From NCBI GenBank assembly GCA_965249115.1, contig CBDFLI010000002.1, positions 1,945,859-2,009,858 of the forward strand: 64,000 nucleotides of DNA, written 5' to 3'. The number at the start of each line of letters is the position of its first letter. Position 1 is the stretch's first letter. The translations under genes and the position numbers were made by a program. The notes under the pieces are model-generated. The model was not told the origin of the DNA. It was given only the letters and a program-made list of their open reading frames with translations, and made no database searches. Source of the DNA: Dehalococcoidia bacterium (GTDB taxonomy: Bacteria; Chloroflexota; Dehalococcoidia; Lucifugimonadales; QGNO01). This document shows, one piece after another, positions 18,137 through 26,164 of the stretch.

Positions 18137-18471
18137 TTGCCCCGGCTTGATCAGTTGACAAGGGGTGTTGAGACAGGAGCTCAAGAAGCGTTGGCAGGCC
18201 AATGTGTTGCTATCGCAGGATGCCAGGGTGCAGCAATCGCGGGATGATGGCACTGGGTCAATTCCTTTCCTGACCTTCTCAAACCGTGAGGAAGACCCAG
18301 CGGAACGTGTAATCCCATTATATTCGCTCGTGGGGGCCATGGTGCGTCCTTGCTTCGCTGTGCCCACACGTTAGATGAGAGGTGAAAACAGGACAAAGCG
18401 GTGCTTGCCAAGAGGTTGCGAGACCGGGCGCGGACCGTTGAGCCATAGAGATACAGTAAGGAGGAGGACTA

Positions 18472-19821
18472 ATGGTATACGAAGCAGAGCGAGGCAACAT
18501 CTCCATCGCCGTGGCGGGCGACGCCATGATCACCAAGCGTATGTCCTCATTCAGAGAGGACACGTTTTTGCAGTTGGTGGACATTCTCCGAAAGGCTGAC
18601 ATCAGCCTTGTCAACGCGGAAATGCTGTTCCACAACTGGGAGATGAGCTGGCAGGGCAAGGACAGCATCTCCTACCAGGTCTCGGAACCCCACAACCTTG
18701 GCGAACTCCAATGGATGGGGTTCGACGTCATTACCACCGCCAACAACCACGCCTACGACTACTCTGAGGCCGGACTCATGGCCACCCTCAAGAACATGAG
18801 GGAAACCGGCATACTCCAGGCCGGCGGCGGCGACAACCTGGACCAGGCCAGAGCGCCTGCCTACGTGGATACGCCCAATGGGCGTGTCGCCGTAATGTCC
18901 GCCACCACTACCTACTCCGAGCAGGCTGCAGCCAGGGCGGGGCGCCATGATTTCCCTGGCAAACCTGGCATCAATGCACTGCGTCACTCCGTTACCTACA
19001 AAGTCCCCAGGGGTTCTTTTGACGCCCTCAAGGACATAAAAAAGGGGACAGGGCTTCAGGACCGGGAGGATGCTTCCCGGGATTTCCAGCAGCAGGTTGG
19101 GCACCCACCTGATAACGACACCGATACGACCTTTCTAGGAGGCAGCTTCCAGGCGGCAGACGATTACAGCGTCGTTACCAGGTGCAATCCCCAGGATCTG
19201 GAAGGCATTGGCAACTGGATCCGTGGCGCCGGGAAGCAGGCCGACTGGCGAGTCTACGGAGTGCACTGCCATGAAAGCGGCAGCTTTGGCGAATACCACG
19301 GCGGCCACAGGATCTCTGTACCTGACCATCTGATAGAGTTCGCGCATTTCGCCATTGACAGTGGCTGCGACCTGGTTTTTGCCCACGGCCCTCATTCCCT
19401 GCGCGGCATAGAGATATACAAGGGGAAGCCCATTTTCTACAGCCTGGGCAACTTCATTTTCCAGAATGAGGCCGTCCAGTGGTTGCCGGAGCCCGCCTAC
19501 AGCGGGCAGAGCCTGGACCATAATGCCACACCCGGCGACTGGGGCATGGCCCGCTCCGATGATGGAAAGTTCGGGTTCGCCGCTGACCTCATACACTACC
19601 GCAGCGCCATAGCGGTCTGCGACTACTCCGGCGGCGAACTTAAAGAGGTACGTCTCTACCCCATAGACCTAGGGTTCGGCCTCCCCATCGCCCAGCGCGG
19701 TAGGCCCGTCCTGGCCAAGGGCGAAGTGGCCCAGTGGTCGCTGGAGAGGCTGAAGGAGGCTTCAAAAACCTTTGGCACCGAGGTTAACATCCAGGGCGAT
19801 ATGGGTATCATCCGCCCGTGA
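18472..19821 (+). CDS. CapA (PGA_cap) family metallophosphatase-fold protein, paralog 2
   Basis: 'VAGDAMITKR', 'NAEMLFHN', 'ANNHAYDYSEAG', 'HCHESG', 'AHGPHSLRGIEIYKGKPIFYSLGNF'. RBS is GTAAGGAGGAGG. Confidence 0.8.
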   Translation: MVYEAERGNISIAVAGDAMITKRMSSFREDTFLQLVDILRKADISLVNAEMLFHNWEMSWQGKDSISYQVSEPHNLGELQWMGFDVITTANNHAYDYSEAGLMATLKNMRETGILQAGGGDNLDQARAPAYVDTPNGRVAVMSATTTYSEQAAARAGRHDFPGKPGINALRHSVTYKVPRGSFDALKDIKKGTGLQDREDASRDFQQQVGHPPDNDTDTTFLGGSFQAADDYSVVTRCNPQDLEGIGNWIRGAGKQADWRVYGVHCHESGSFGEYHGGHRISVPDHLIEFAHFAIDSGCDLVFAHGPHSLRGIEIYKGKPIFYSLGNFIFQNEAVQWLPEPAYSGQSLDHNATPGDWGMARSDDGKFGFAADLIHYRSAIAVCDYSGGELKEVRLYPIDLGFGLPIAQRGRPVLAKGEVAQWSLERLKEASKTFGTEVNIQGDMGIIRP

Positions 19822-19862
19822 ATCCGGGCCCGTAAACCGAGAGGTAGTAAGGAGGCATCAGC

Positions 19863-21212
19863 ATGATATATGACGCTGAAAAACGGGACATATCCATTTC
19901 CGTGGTTGGCGACGCCATGATCTCACGTCGCATGCAGTCCTTCAGAGAGCCGCACTTCCTGAAACTGGTTGACGTTCTGCGCAACGCCGATGTCAGCATA
20001 GCCAATCTGGAGTTCCTGTTCCACGACTACGAGAGTACCTGGCAGTGGACCGGCGGCACCTACACTAGGTCTGACCCACGCAACCTCAATGAGCTGAAGT
20101 GGATGGGTATTGACGTGGCCCTGACCGCCAACAACCACGCCTTTGACTTCTCCGAAGGTGGTTTCCTCACTACATTGGAGCACCTGAATGAGGTTGACCT
20201 GCTACACGCAGGCGGCGGGGTTGACATAGACCACGCCAGGGCACCCGTTTACGTTGACTCGGCCCGGGGCCGTGTCGCCGTCATGTCCGCCTCCGCCAGC
20301 TACACTGAACTCTCGCGTGCCGGGCCGGGCCGTCCCGACTTCCCCGGTAAGCCGGGCATAAACGCTTTACGCCACAACGAGGTGCATTACGTTGAGCGGG
20401 ACGTATTCGACGCCTTCCACAAGGCCAACCAGGAATTGGGTTACGACGAGCGCGCCGAGGCTGCCGCCAGGTTCGGTTTTTCAGGTCCGGCGTCTTCCAT
20501 TGATAAAGAGACCGAGGTCGACTTCCTGGGTGGAAAGTTCCTGCTGGGTGAGGAGTTCAGGATCGAGACCTCCGTCAACAGGGAAGACCTGACGGGTATC
20601 GCCAACTGGATACGGGGCTCAAAGAAGCAGGCCGACTGGGTCGTGTACGGTGTCCATAGCCATGAGAGCGGCGCCACGGGCGAGTACCACGGCGGCTCCA
20701 GGACAGCGCCGCCGGCCTTCCTGGAGGAGTTTGCTCATTGGTCCATTGACCAGGGTTGCGACATGTTCGCTGGGCACGGCCCCCACTTCTTGCGCGGTAT
20801 CGAAATCTACAAGGGAAAGCCCATCTTCTATAGCCTGGGCAACTTCATATTCCAGAACGAGTCTGTTAACTGGGTCCCTAATGAGGGCTACCGTCGCTTT
20901 GGCCTGGACTATGATCAGACCCCAGGCGACTATTTTGACACCCGCTCAGCCTCAGGCAAACACGGATTCCCGTCAGACCCGGTCTTCTGGCAGAGCGTTG
21001 TTGCTGTGTGTAACTACAAAAGCGGAGACCTCAAAGAGGTGCTGCTCTATCCCATTGATATGGGGTTTGGCCTCCCCATTCCACAGCGCGGGAGGCCCGT
21101 CATGGCCCAGGGGCAGGTGGCACAGGACATACTCAAGTGGCTCCAGAAGGTCTCAGAGCCGTACGGCACGCAGATCAAAATAGAGAGTGAAGTCGGAGTC
21201 ATCAGACCATAG
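19863..21212 (+). CDS. CapA (PGA_cap) family metallophosphatase-fold protein, paralog 3
   Basis: 'VVGDAMISRR', 'ANNHAFDFSEGG', 'HSHESG', 'GHGPHFLRGIEIYKGKPIFYSLGNF'. It is very similar to paralog 2. Confidence 0.8.
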   Translation: MIYDAEKRDISISVVGDAMISRRMQSFREPHFLKLVDVLRNADVSIANLEFLFHDYESTWQWTGGTYTRSDPRNLNELKWMGIDVALTANNHAFDFSEGGFLTTLEHLNEVDLLHAGGGVDIDHARAPVYVDSARGRVAVMSASASYTELSRAGPGRPDFPGKPGINALRHNEVHYVERDVFDAFHKANQELGYDERAEAAARFGFSGPASSIDKETEVDFLGGKFLLGEEFRIETSVNREDLTGIANWIRGSKKQADWVVYGVHSHESGATGEYHGGSRTAPPAFLEEFAHWSIDQGCDMFAGHGPHFLRGIEIYKGKPIFYSLGNFIFQNESVNWVPNEGYRRFGLDYDQTPGDYFDTRSASGKHGFPSDPVFWQSVVAVCNYKSGDLKEVLLYPIDMGFGLPIPQRGRPVMAQGQVAQDILKWLQKVSEPYGTQIKIESEVGVIRP

Positions 21213-21257
21213 TTGTTGTCGTTATGCCAACCACGCCGCGCGTAAACAGACTGCCTA

Positions 21258-22586
21258 ATGAGGCTAAGGGTGGGAACAGACACCACGACTGACAATAACA
21301 CCGCCCCAAGACGCTTTCACTACGGCTGGGTGATGGTGGGCAATGGCGCGATTGTCAATTCTATTGGGTCCGTGCACGCAGCCACCTTTTCTATCTTTTT
21401 CTTGCCCCTTCAGGAAGAGTTCAAGGTAGGGAGTGCCGCCCTTGCCTTGGTCCTGACCATGGCCAGGGTACAGGGTGGCTTCGAAGGACCTGCCGTGGGA
21501 TGGCTCATAGACAAGGTCGGGCCGCGGGTCCCGGCCGTACTGGCCGCCCTGGTGGGCGGAGTGGGCTTCCTGCTTCTTCCCATGGCCAACAGCTACTGGA
21601 CCTTTGTGTTGATCTACGTTTTTGTCATATCCCTGGCGTTCAACATGGGGTTCCTTCACTCCATGCACGCCGTGGCCAACCTGTGGTTCGTGCGGTACCG
21701 CACCAGAGTCCTCAGCATATTCTCATCTTCGCTACGTGGTGGCAGTGCGGCGCTGACTCCCATCGTGGCGCTATTCGTGCTGGCCAATGGATGGCGGGCG
21801 GGAGCCATCTTTGCAGGCGTGCTGGTGCTGGCGGTAGCGCTGCCTCTGACCTTTCTCATACGGCGTTCGCCGGAGTCAATGGGGCTGCTGCCGGACTGGC
21901 GGTACCCCGACACCGACGCCGACGGGCAGAAGACGGAGGAGTCCACGGCGAGCGCGGCTGCGACAAATGTGGAGGAAGTGCCGGATGACTTTGATACCGG
22001 AGAAGCAATCCGTACCTCGTCCTACTGGATCATCCTGTACAGCACAGCGATACGACACGGGGTGCTGGCCGGAATCAGGGTTCACTTCATCCCCATGTTC
22101 GTGGGGTTGGGGTTCAGCCAGCAGACAGGCGCCAACTTCCTGGCGTTGACCTCGCTAATCGCCACACCGTTAATCCTGTTTAACGGTTGGCTGGGAGACC
22201 GCCTGTACAAACCCAGGGTGCTGATGATGGGACAGATAGCTTCCGTGCTGGCCATGTTGTTCCTCATTAACGCCGGAAGTCTGTGGCAACTGTACCTGTT
22301 CGCCTTCTTCTTTGCCTATGGAGAGAGCACCGCACCGGTGAACCACTCCATAATCGGCGACTTCTACGGAAGAAAGAACTTCGCCAAGCTCAACGGGTTC
22401 TTGGGCATGGGCACTATGTTCGGCAGCATGTTGACTCCCGTGGCGGCGGGCCTAATAAAGGACCAGATAGGTGTATATACCCCTGCCCTCTGGGGTTTCC
22501 TTGTGGTTGCTGCCATTGCGTCATTCCTGCTGCTGTTCACTCACAAGCCCAAACGTGCCACACTTGTCCCAAGTCAGGCGTCATAG
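21258..22586 (+). CDS. MFS transporter
   Basis: 442 aa with about 12 hydrophobic segments. 'GPAVGWLIDKVGPR' loop 2-3 motif. The central loop is hydrophilic. Confidence 0.75.
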   Translation: MRLRVGTDTTTDNNTAPRRFHYGWVMVGNGAIVNSIGSVHAATFSIFFLPLQEEFKVGSAALALVLTMARVQGGFEGPAVGWLIDKVGPRVPAVLAALVGGVGFLLLPMANSYWTFVLIYVFVISLAFNMGFLHSMHAVANLWFVRYRTRVLSIFSSSLRGGSAALTPIVALFVLANGWRAGAIFAGVLVLAVALPLTFLIRRSPESMGLLPDWRYPDTDADGQKTEESTASAAATNVEEVPDDFDTGEAIRTSSYWIILYSTAIRHGVLAGIRVHFIPMFVGLGFSQQTGANFLALTSLIATPLILFNGWLGDRLYKPRVLMMGQIASVLAMLFLINAGSLWQLYLFAFFFAYGESTAPVNHSIIGDFYGRKNFAKLNGFLGMGTMFGSMLTPVAAGLIKDQIGVYTPALWGFLVVAAIASFLLLFTHKPKRATLVPSQAS

Positions 22587-22717
22587 CCAAGTAAGCCACT
22601 ACGCAAGGCACGACTTATGTCGATACAACTTAAGCATGTCACCTATGACACACTGTGCCTCGCCATGTTGCCACCAACCCGGCGTAACGATAGGGGCCTT
22701 ATAAGTGGGTAACGTCC

Positions 22718-23704
22718 ATGGAAACCGTTAGTCCAATGCTTCGTCCTGTACCTGTAGGTGACTTTTGGCTCATTGGTCCCAACCCCGAGTTGACCACGGT
22801 ACACGCGGACCTTCAAGGTGGTCCAGGTCCCATCGGTAGTCCTGGGCAGGAATGTGTGGACCATCACGTTTTCCAAAGCCCCGACGGCTCCTGGCACCTG
22901 TGGGGGTGTATCCGCCGAACTGCGATAGGACGGATCCTCTATCACTGGGAAGGGCAAAGCCTGACCGATGGCCCGTGGACGCGGACAGGGGAAATCATAC
23001 GAGTGGACCGGAACGTAGGAGAAAGTTTGGACGACTGGGAAGGCGAAGAGTGGATTCAATCGCCCTTCATCGTGCGGGAGTCCGGCCTCTACTACATGTT
23101 CTATGGAGGCCATGGTACTGGGACGGATGAGACTGGCCGCCCGGTGGAGTACAAGGACCCGCGGATGGCTTGCCAGATGTGCTTGATGACCTCCACGGAC
23201 GGACGGAACTGGACACGTCACAAGGATGAATGGGATCGTAGTCGCCTATTCATTGGCCCCGGTCAAGTACGGGACCCATGCTTGATAAAGATAAACGGTC
23301 TGTGGCACATATATTATGCGGGATACCACAGTGACGACCCGAACCAGGCCGGGGTATTTGTTCGGACCTCGGTGGACTTGCTCCACTGGTCTGACTGGAC
23401 TCTCGTTCACCAGGATCCCAGGTTCGGTGACGGGCCCGTGGACACCGAGTGTCCATACGTAGCGTTTCGGAATGGCCTCTACTATCTATTTCGGACGGAG
23501 GACTATGCCTCGGCAAAAACCCACGTCTTTGTTAGCCAAGACCCGATGGACTTTGGCATCGGCGATGCTACTGGCAAATACCTGGGTCTGATAAACGTTG
23601 CAGCGCCTGAAATCATTATCGATAACGACGGGTCAGAATTCATCACCTCCAACCACGACCTGATGGCCGGGACGCAACTGTGTCGCCTCCGGTGGCAGCC
23701 ATGA
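22718..23704 (+). CDS. Beta-propeller glycoside-hydrolase-like protein (GH43/GH32 clan-like)
   Basis: Repeated blade-like blocks: 'DHHVFQSPDGSWHLW', 'QSPFIVRESGLYYMFYGG', 'RDPCLIKINGLWHIYYAG', 'ECPYVAFRNGLYYLF'. Family assignment is by pattern only. Confidence 0.45.
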   Translation: METVSPMLRPVPVGDFWLIGPNPELTTVHADLQGGPGPIGSPGQECVDHHVFQSPDGSWHLWGCIRRTAIGRILYHWEGQSLTDGPWTRTGEIIRVDRNVGESLDDWEGEEWIQSPFIVRESGLYYMFYGGHGTGTDETGRPVEYKDPRMACQMCLMTSTDGRNWTRHKDEWDRSRLFIGPGQVRDPCLIKINGLWHIYYAGYHSDDPNQAGVFVRTSVDLLHWSDWTLVHQDPRFGDGPVDTECPYVAFRNGLYYLFRTEDYASAKTHVFVSQDPMDFGIGDATGKYLGLINVAAPEIIIDNDGSEFITSNHDLMAGTQLCRLRWQP

Positions 23705-23998
23705 GAGCCATTAGCTGCGATGAGAGAGGGTTAAGTGGGCCCGAACTACGATGTTGGGCGGGCCTGCGGAGTCTACAAGCCCACTTGGATGACAATGAAG
23801 TACCCTGGAAACGGATAGGTAACGATGAGCTCGTATCTGTGGACTGGGCAGATAATGGTTGACCAGCATCCACGGGGCAGCATATACTCTCGTCGCCCCA
23901 TTTGGACCGGGCCGTGACGGGTCGAAATGAGAAGCTCGGTTGATATTGGTAACGTGGGGCTACAACACGAAATTGTCCAAGAGGCAACATGGTGATAG

Positions 23999-25051
23999 AT
24001 GACTAGTACCGATCTTGTTTCTTCCGTGGCTAATAGCGAATACATGGAACTGAAGCGTCTTATCAACCAGAAAGGACTGCTGAATAAGACGCCCCTCTAC
24101 TACACTCATAAACTTGTTGTTACGTTTACCCTGCTCGGTTTGAGCCTCGCCCTCGTAGCCATTATCGGTAATTTTTGGCTTCAACTTATCAACGCGGTTT
24201 TCCTCGCCTTTGTGTTTGTGCAACTGGGGTTTATCGGCCACGACGCAGGCCACAACCAGGTCTTCCGTAGGGCCAAAAGGAACGAGTTCCTTGGCCTCGG
24301 ACTTGACCTACTGCTTGCCGTGAGTTTCAGCTGGTGGGTGGACAAGCACAATCGGCACCACAATGATCCCAATAACCCCGACCTCGATCCCGACGTGGAC
24401 TTTCCTATCCTCGCGTTCAGCGAAGAGCAGGCCACCACTAAGCGTGGCATTCCGCGATTCGTCGTAAAGTATCAGGCGTTCCTCCTGTTCCCCTTGATGA
24501 TGTTCGAGGCGTTCAACCTCCGCTTCAGTAGCATCGTCTTCCTGGTCCGCAGTGGGAAAAAGGCGCGGAACCTTTACACCGAGTTCATATTCATCGTTTT
24601 ACACCTTGTGCTCTACATCGCTTTCCTGTCCTACTTCCTGGGGCCTTTGCAGGTCGTGGTGTTTGTCCTGGTCCATCAGGCGGCCTTTGGCCTCTACATG
24701 AGCATGTCCTTTGCCCCGAATCACAAGGGTATGCCCATGGTCGATGATATGGACTTCCTTCGCCGGCAGGTAATTACCGCCAGGAACCTTCTGCCTAACC
24801 GCTTTACCGACTTCTTCTTCGGCCAGCTTTCCTGCCAGATAGAGCACCATCTGTTTCCGAACATGCCCCGGAGTAATCTCCGGCAGGCACAGAAAATCAT
24901 CAAACCATTTTGCCAGGAACGGTCCATCTCTTACTATGAAACGGGATTCTTTCGATCGTACCAGGAGATCCTTCAGCACCTGCACACGGTTGGCGCTCCG
25001 TTGCGCAGCCCGAGCGATACACCAAGAAAGGCACCGCCCGTTTCGCCGTAG
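23999..25051 (+). CDS. Membrane fatty-acid desaturase, front-end-type His boxes, no cytochrome b5 domain
   Basis: Three His boxes: 'HDAGH', 'HNRHH' and 'QIEHH'. Hydrophobic segments lie between the boxes. Confidence 0.85.
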   Translation: MTSTDLVSSVANSEYMELKRLINQKGLLNKTPLYYTHKLVVTFTLLGLSLALVAIIGNFWLQLINAVFLAFVFVQLGFIGHDAGHNQVFRRAKRNEFLGLGLDLLLAVSFSWWVDKHNRHHNDPNNPDLDPDVDFPILAFSEEQATTKRGIPRFVVKYQAFLLFPLMMFEAFNLRFSSIVFLVRSGKKARNLYTEFIFIVLHLVLYIAFLSYFLGPLQVVVFVLVHQAAFGLYMSMSFAPNHKGMPMVDDMDFLRRQVITARNLLPNRFTDFFFGQLSCQIEHHLFPNMPRSNLRQAQKIIKPFCQERSISYYETGFFRSYQEILQHLHTVGAPLRSPSDTPRKAPPVSP

Positions 25052-25234
25052 CCCCACTCAATTGACACCCATATGTCGGGAGATGCGACGCGAAGAGGTA
25101 CTTTTCTGAACTAGATTCCCCCACACTGACTTTCCGGAAAGCCAGATCGGGCAAGTCAGTTGAAGGATGTACTCTCCACACGATTACTTTCCATTAGGGC
25201 ACCTCTAGAAAGTAGCAACGAAGCCTGAATCGCT

Positions 25235-25297
25235 CTACGCCTTAAGTATGTCCCTGTGGCGCAAAGCTCTCTCCAGAGACAGCTACATCTTCATGTC
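25235..25297 (-). repeat. Relic copy of the last 20 codons plus stop of the kinase gene (direct repeat copy A)
   Basis: 57/63 nt identical to 26102-26164. It translates as DMKM*LSLERALRHRDILKA* versus the kinase C-terminus DMKMQPSLERALRHRDILKA*. Confidence 0.75.
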
Positions 25298-25300
25298 GAG

Positions 25301-26074
25301 CTACGCCGTTGCAACACTTACGTCGGCCAAGAACTTCGTGAGGTGTGGCAGCACCAAGTCGCTACGCCCGATGGCCTCAACGTGGTTGAGACCGGGCAAG
25401 GAGAAAAAGGTTACGTTGGGCATGAGTTCTGCGCATTTCTTTGCGGCCGGGTGGAAAGGATCCTCTTCGCCAGCGAACAACAGGCAGGGCATCGTCATCG
25501 TCGGCAGAATATCCTCGAAGCCGGGGTCGTCTCGAATCCAAAGGGCTGAGGCAGCGAGTGCCTCGGCGTCGTTGGCCAGCCGCTGGGCCTTGGTGACGGG
25601 ATCCATCGGTCCGATTTGCGCCTCAATGCTGGCGATACCGGCTTCCATACCCTTGTTCAGCATCTCGACCGTTTGGTTCAGTGGCCCAGGGTCTCGTTTG
25701 TAGGGGTGCATTCCCCCTATGATGAACGAGTGGAACCGTTCGGGCGCATACTTAGCGAGGGCAAACCCTATCCATCCACCCATCGAGTAGCCGAAATAGT
25801 GGGCCTTGCCCAAGTTAAGATCGTCCAATGCTGCAAGGATATCACCTACCCTCGAGGTTGGCGCATAGGCTTCGACGTTGTGAGGTTTGTCGCTTGCTCC
25901 GTGTCCTCGCGCATCTACCAGGATGAGCTTATAGGCATTCTTCAATCCTTCTACGAATCCTTTCTCATGCCAGGTGTCCAAGTTGCTAGTAAACCCGTGC
26001 TGGAGAACGAGCGGTGGTCCCTCACCTTCCACTTCGTAATGGATACTGACTCCATTATTATTGGCATATGGCAT
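25301..26074 (-). CDS. Alpha/beta hydrolase
   Basis: 'LVLQHGFTSN' oxyanion region and 'GYSMGG' nucleophile elbow. AAGGGAG RBS lies upstream of the ATG at 26074. The ORF-track TTG at 26092 is less likely. Confidence 0.8.
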   Translation of the reverse strand: MPYANNNGVSIHYEVEGEGPPLVLQHGFTSNLDTWHEKGFVEGLKNAYKLILVDARGHGASDKPHNVEAYAPTSRVGDILAALDDLNLGKAHYFGYSMGGWIGFALAKYAPERFHSFIIGGMHPYKRDPGPLNQTVEMLNKGMEAGIASIEAQIGPMDPVTKAQRLANDAEALAASALWIRDDPGFEDILPTMTMPCLLFAGEEDPFHPAAKKCAELMPNVTFFSLPGLNHVEAIGRSDLVLPHLTKFLADVSVATA

Positions 26075-26101
26075 GATGACGGCTCCCTTCAATAATCGGC
26101 C

Positions 26102-26164
26102 TTACGCCTTTAGGATGTCCCTGTGGCGTAAAGCTCTCTCCAGAGACGGCTGCATCTTCATGTC
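26102..26164 (-). repeat. Direct repeat copy B (functional 3' end of the kinase gene)
   Basis: Matches 25235-25297 with 6 mismatches. The two copies bracket the 804-bp hydrolase segment. Confidence 0.75.

Noticed and set aside
17582-18367. 261-aa minus-strand ORF
   Set aside because: It lies mostly antisense to the DppC-like permease. The hydrophilic mirror of a membrane protein frame is expected here.
23720-23790. Imperfect inverted repeat AAGTGGGC...GCCCACTT downstream of the propeller-like gene
   Set aside because: The stem is only 8 bp with a loop of about 40 nt and no U-run, so the evidence for a terminator or regulatory hairpin is insufficient.
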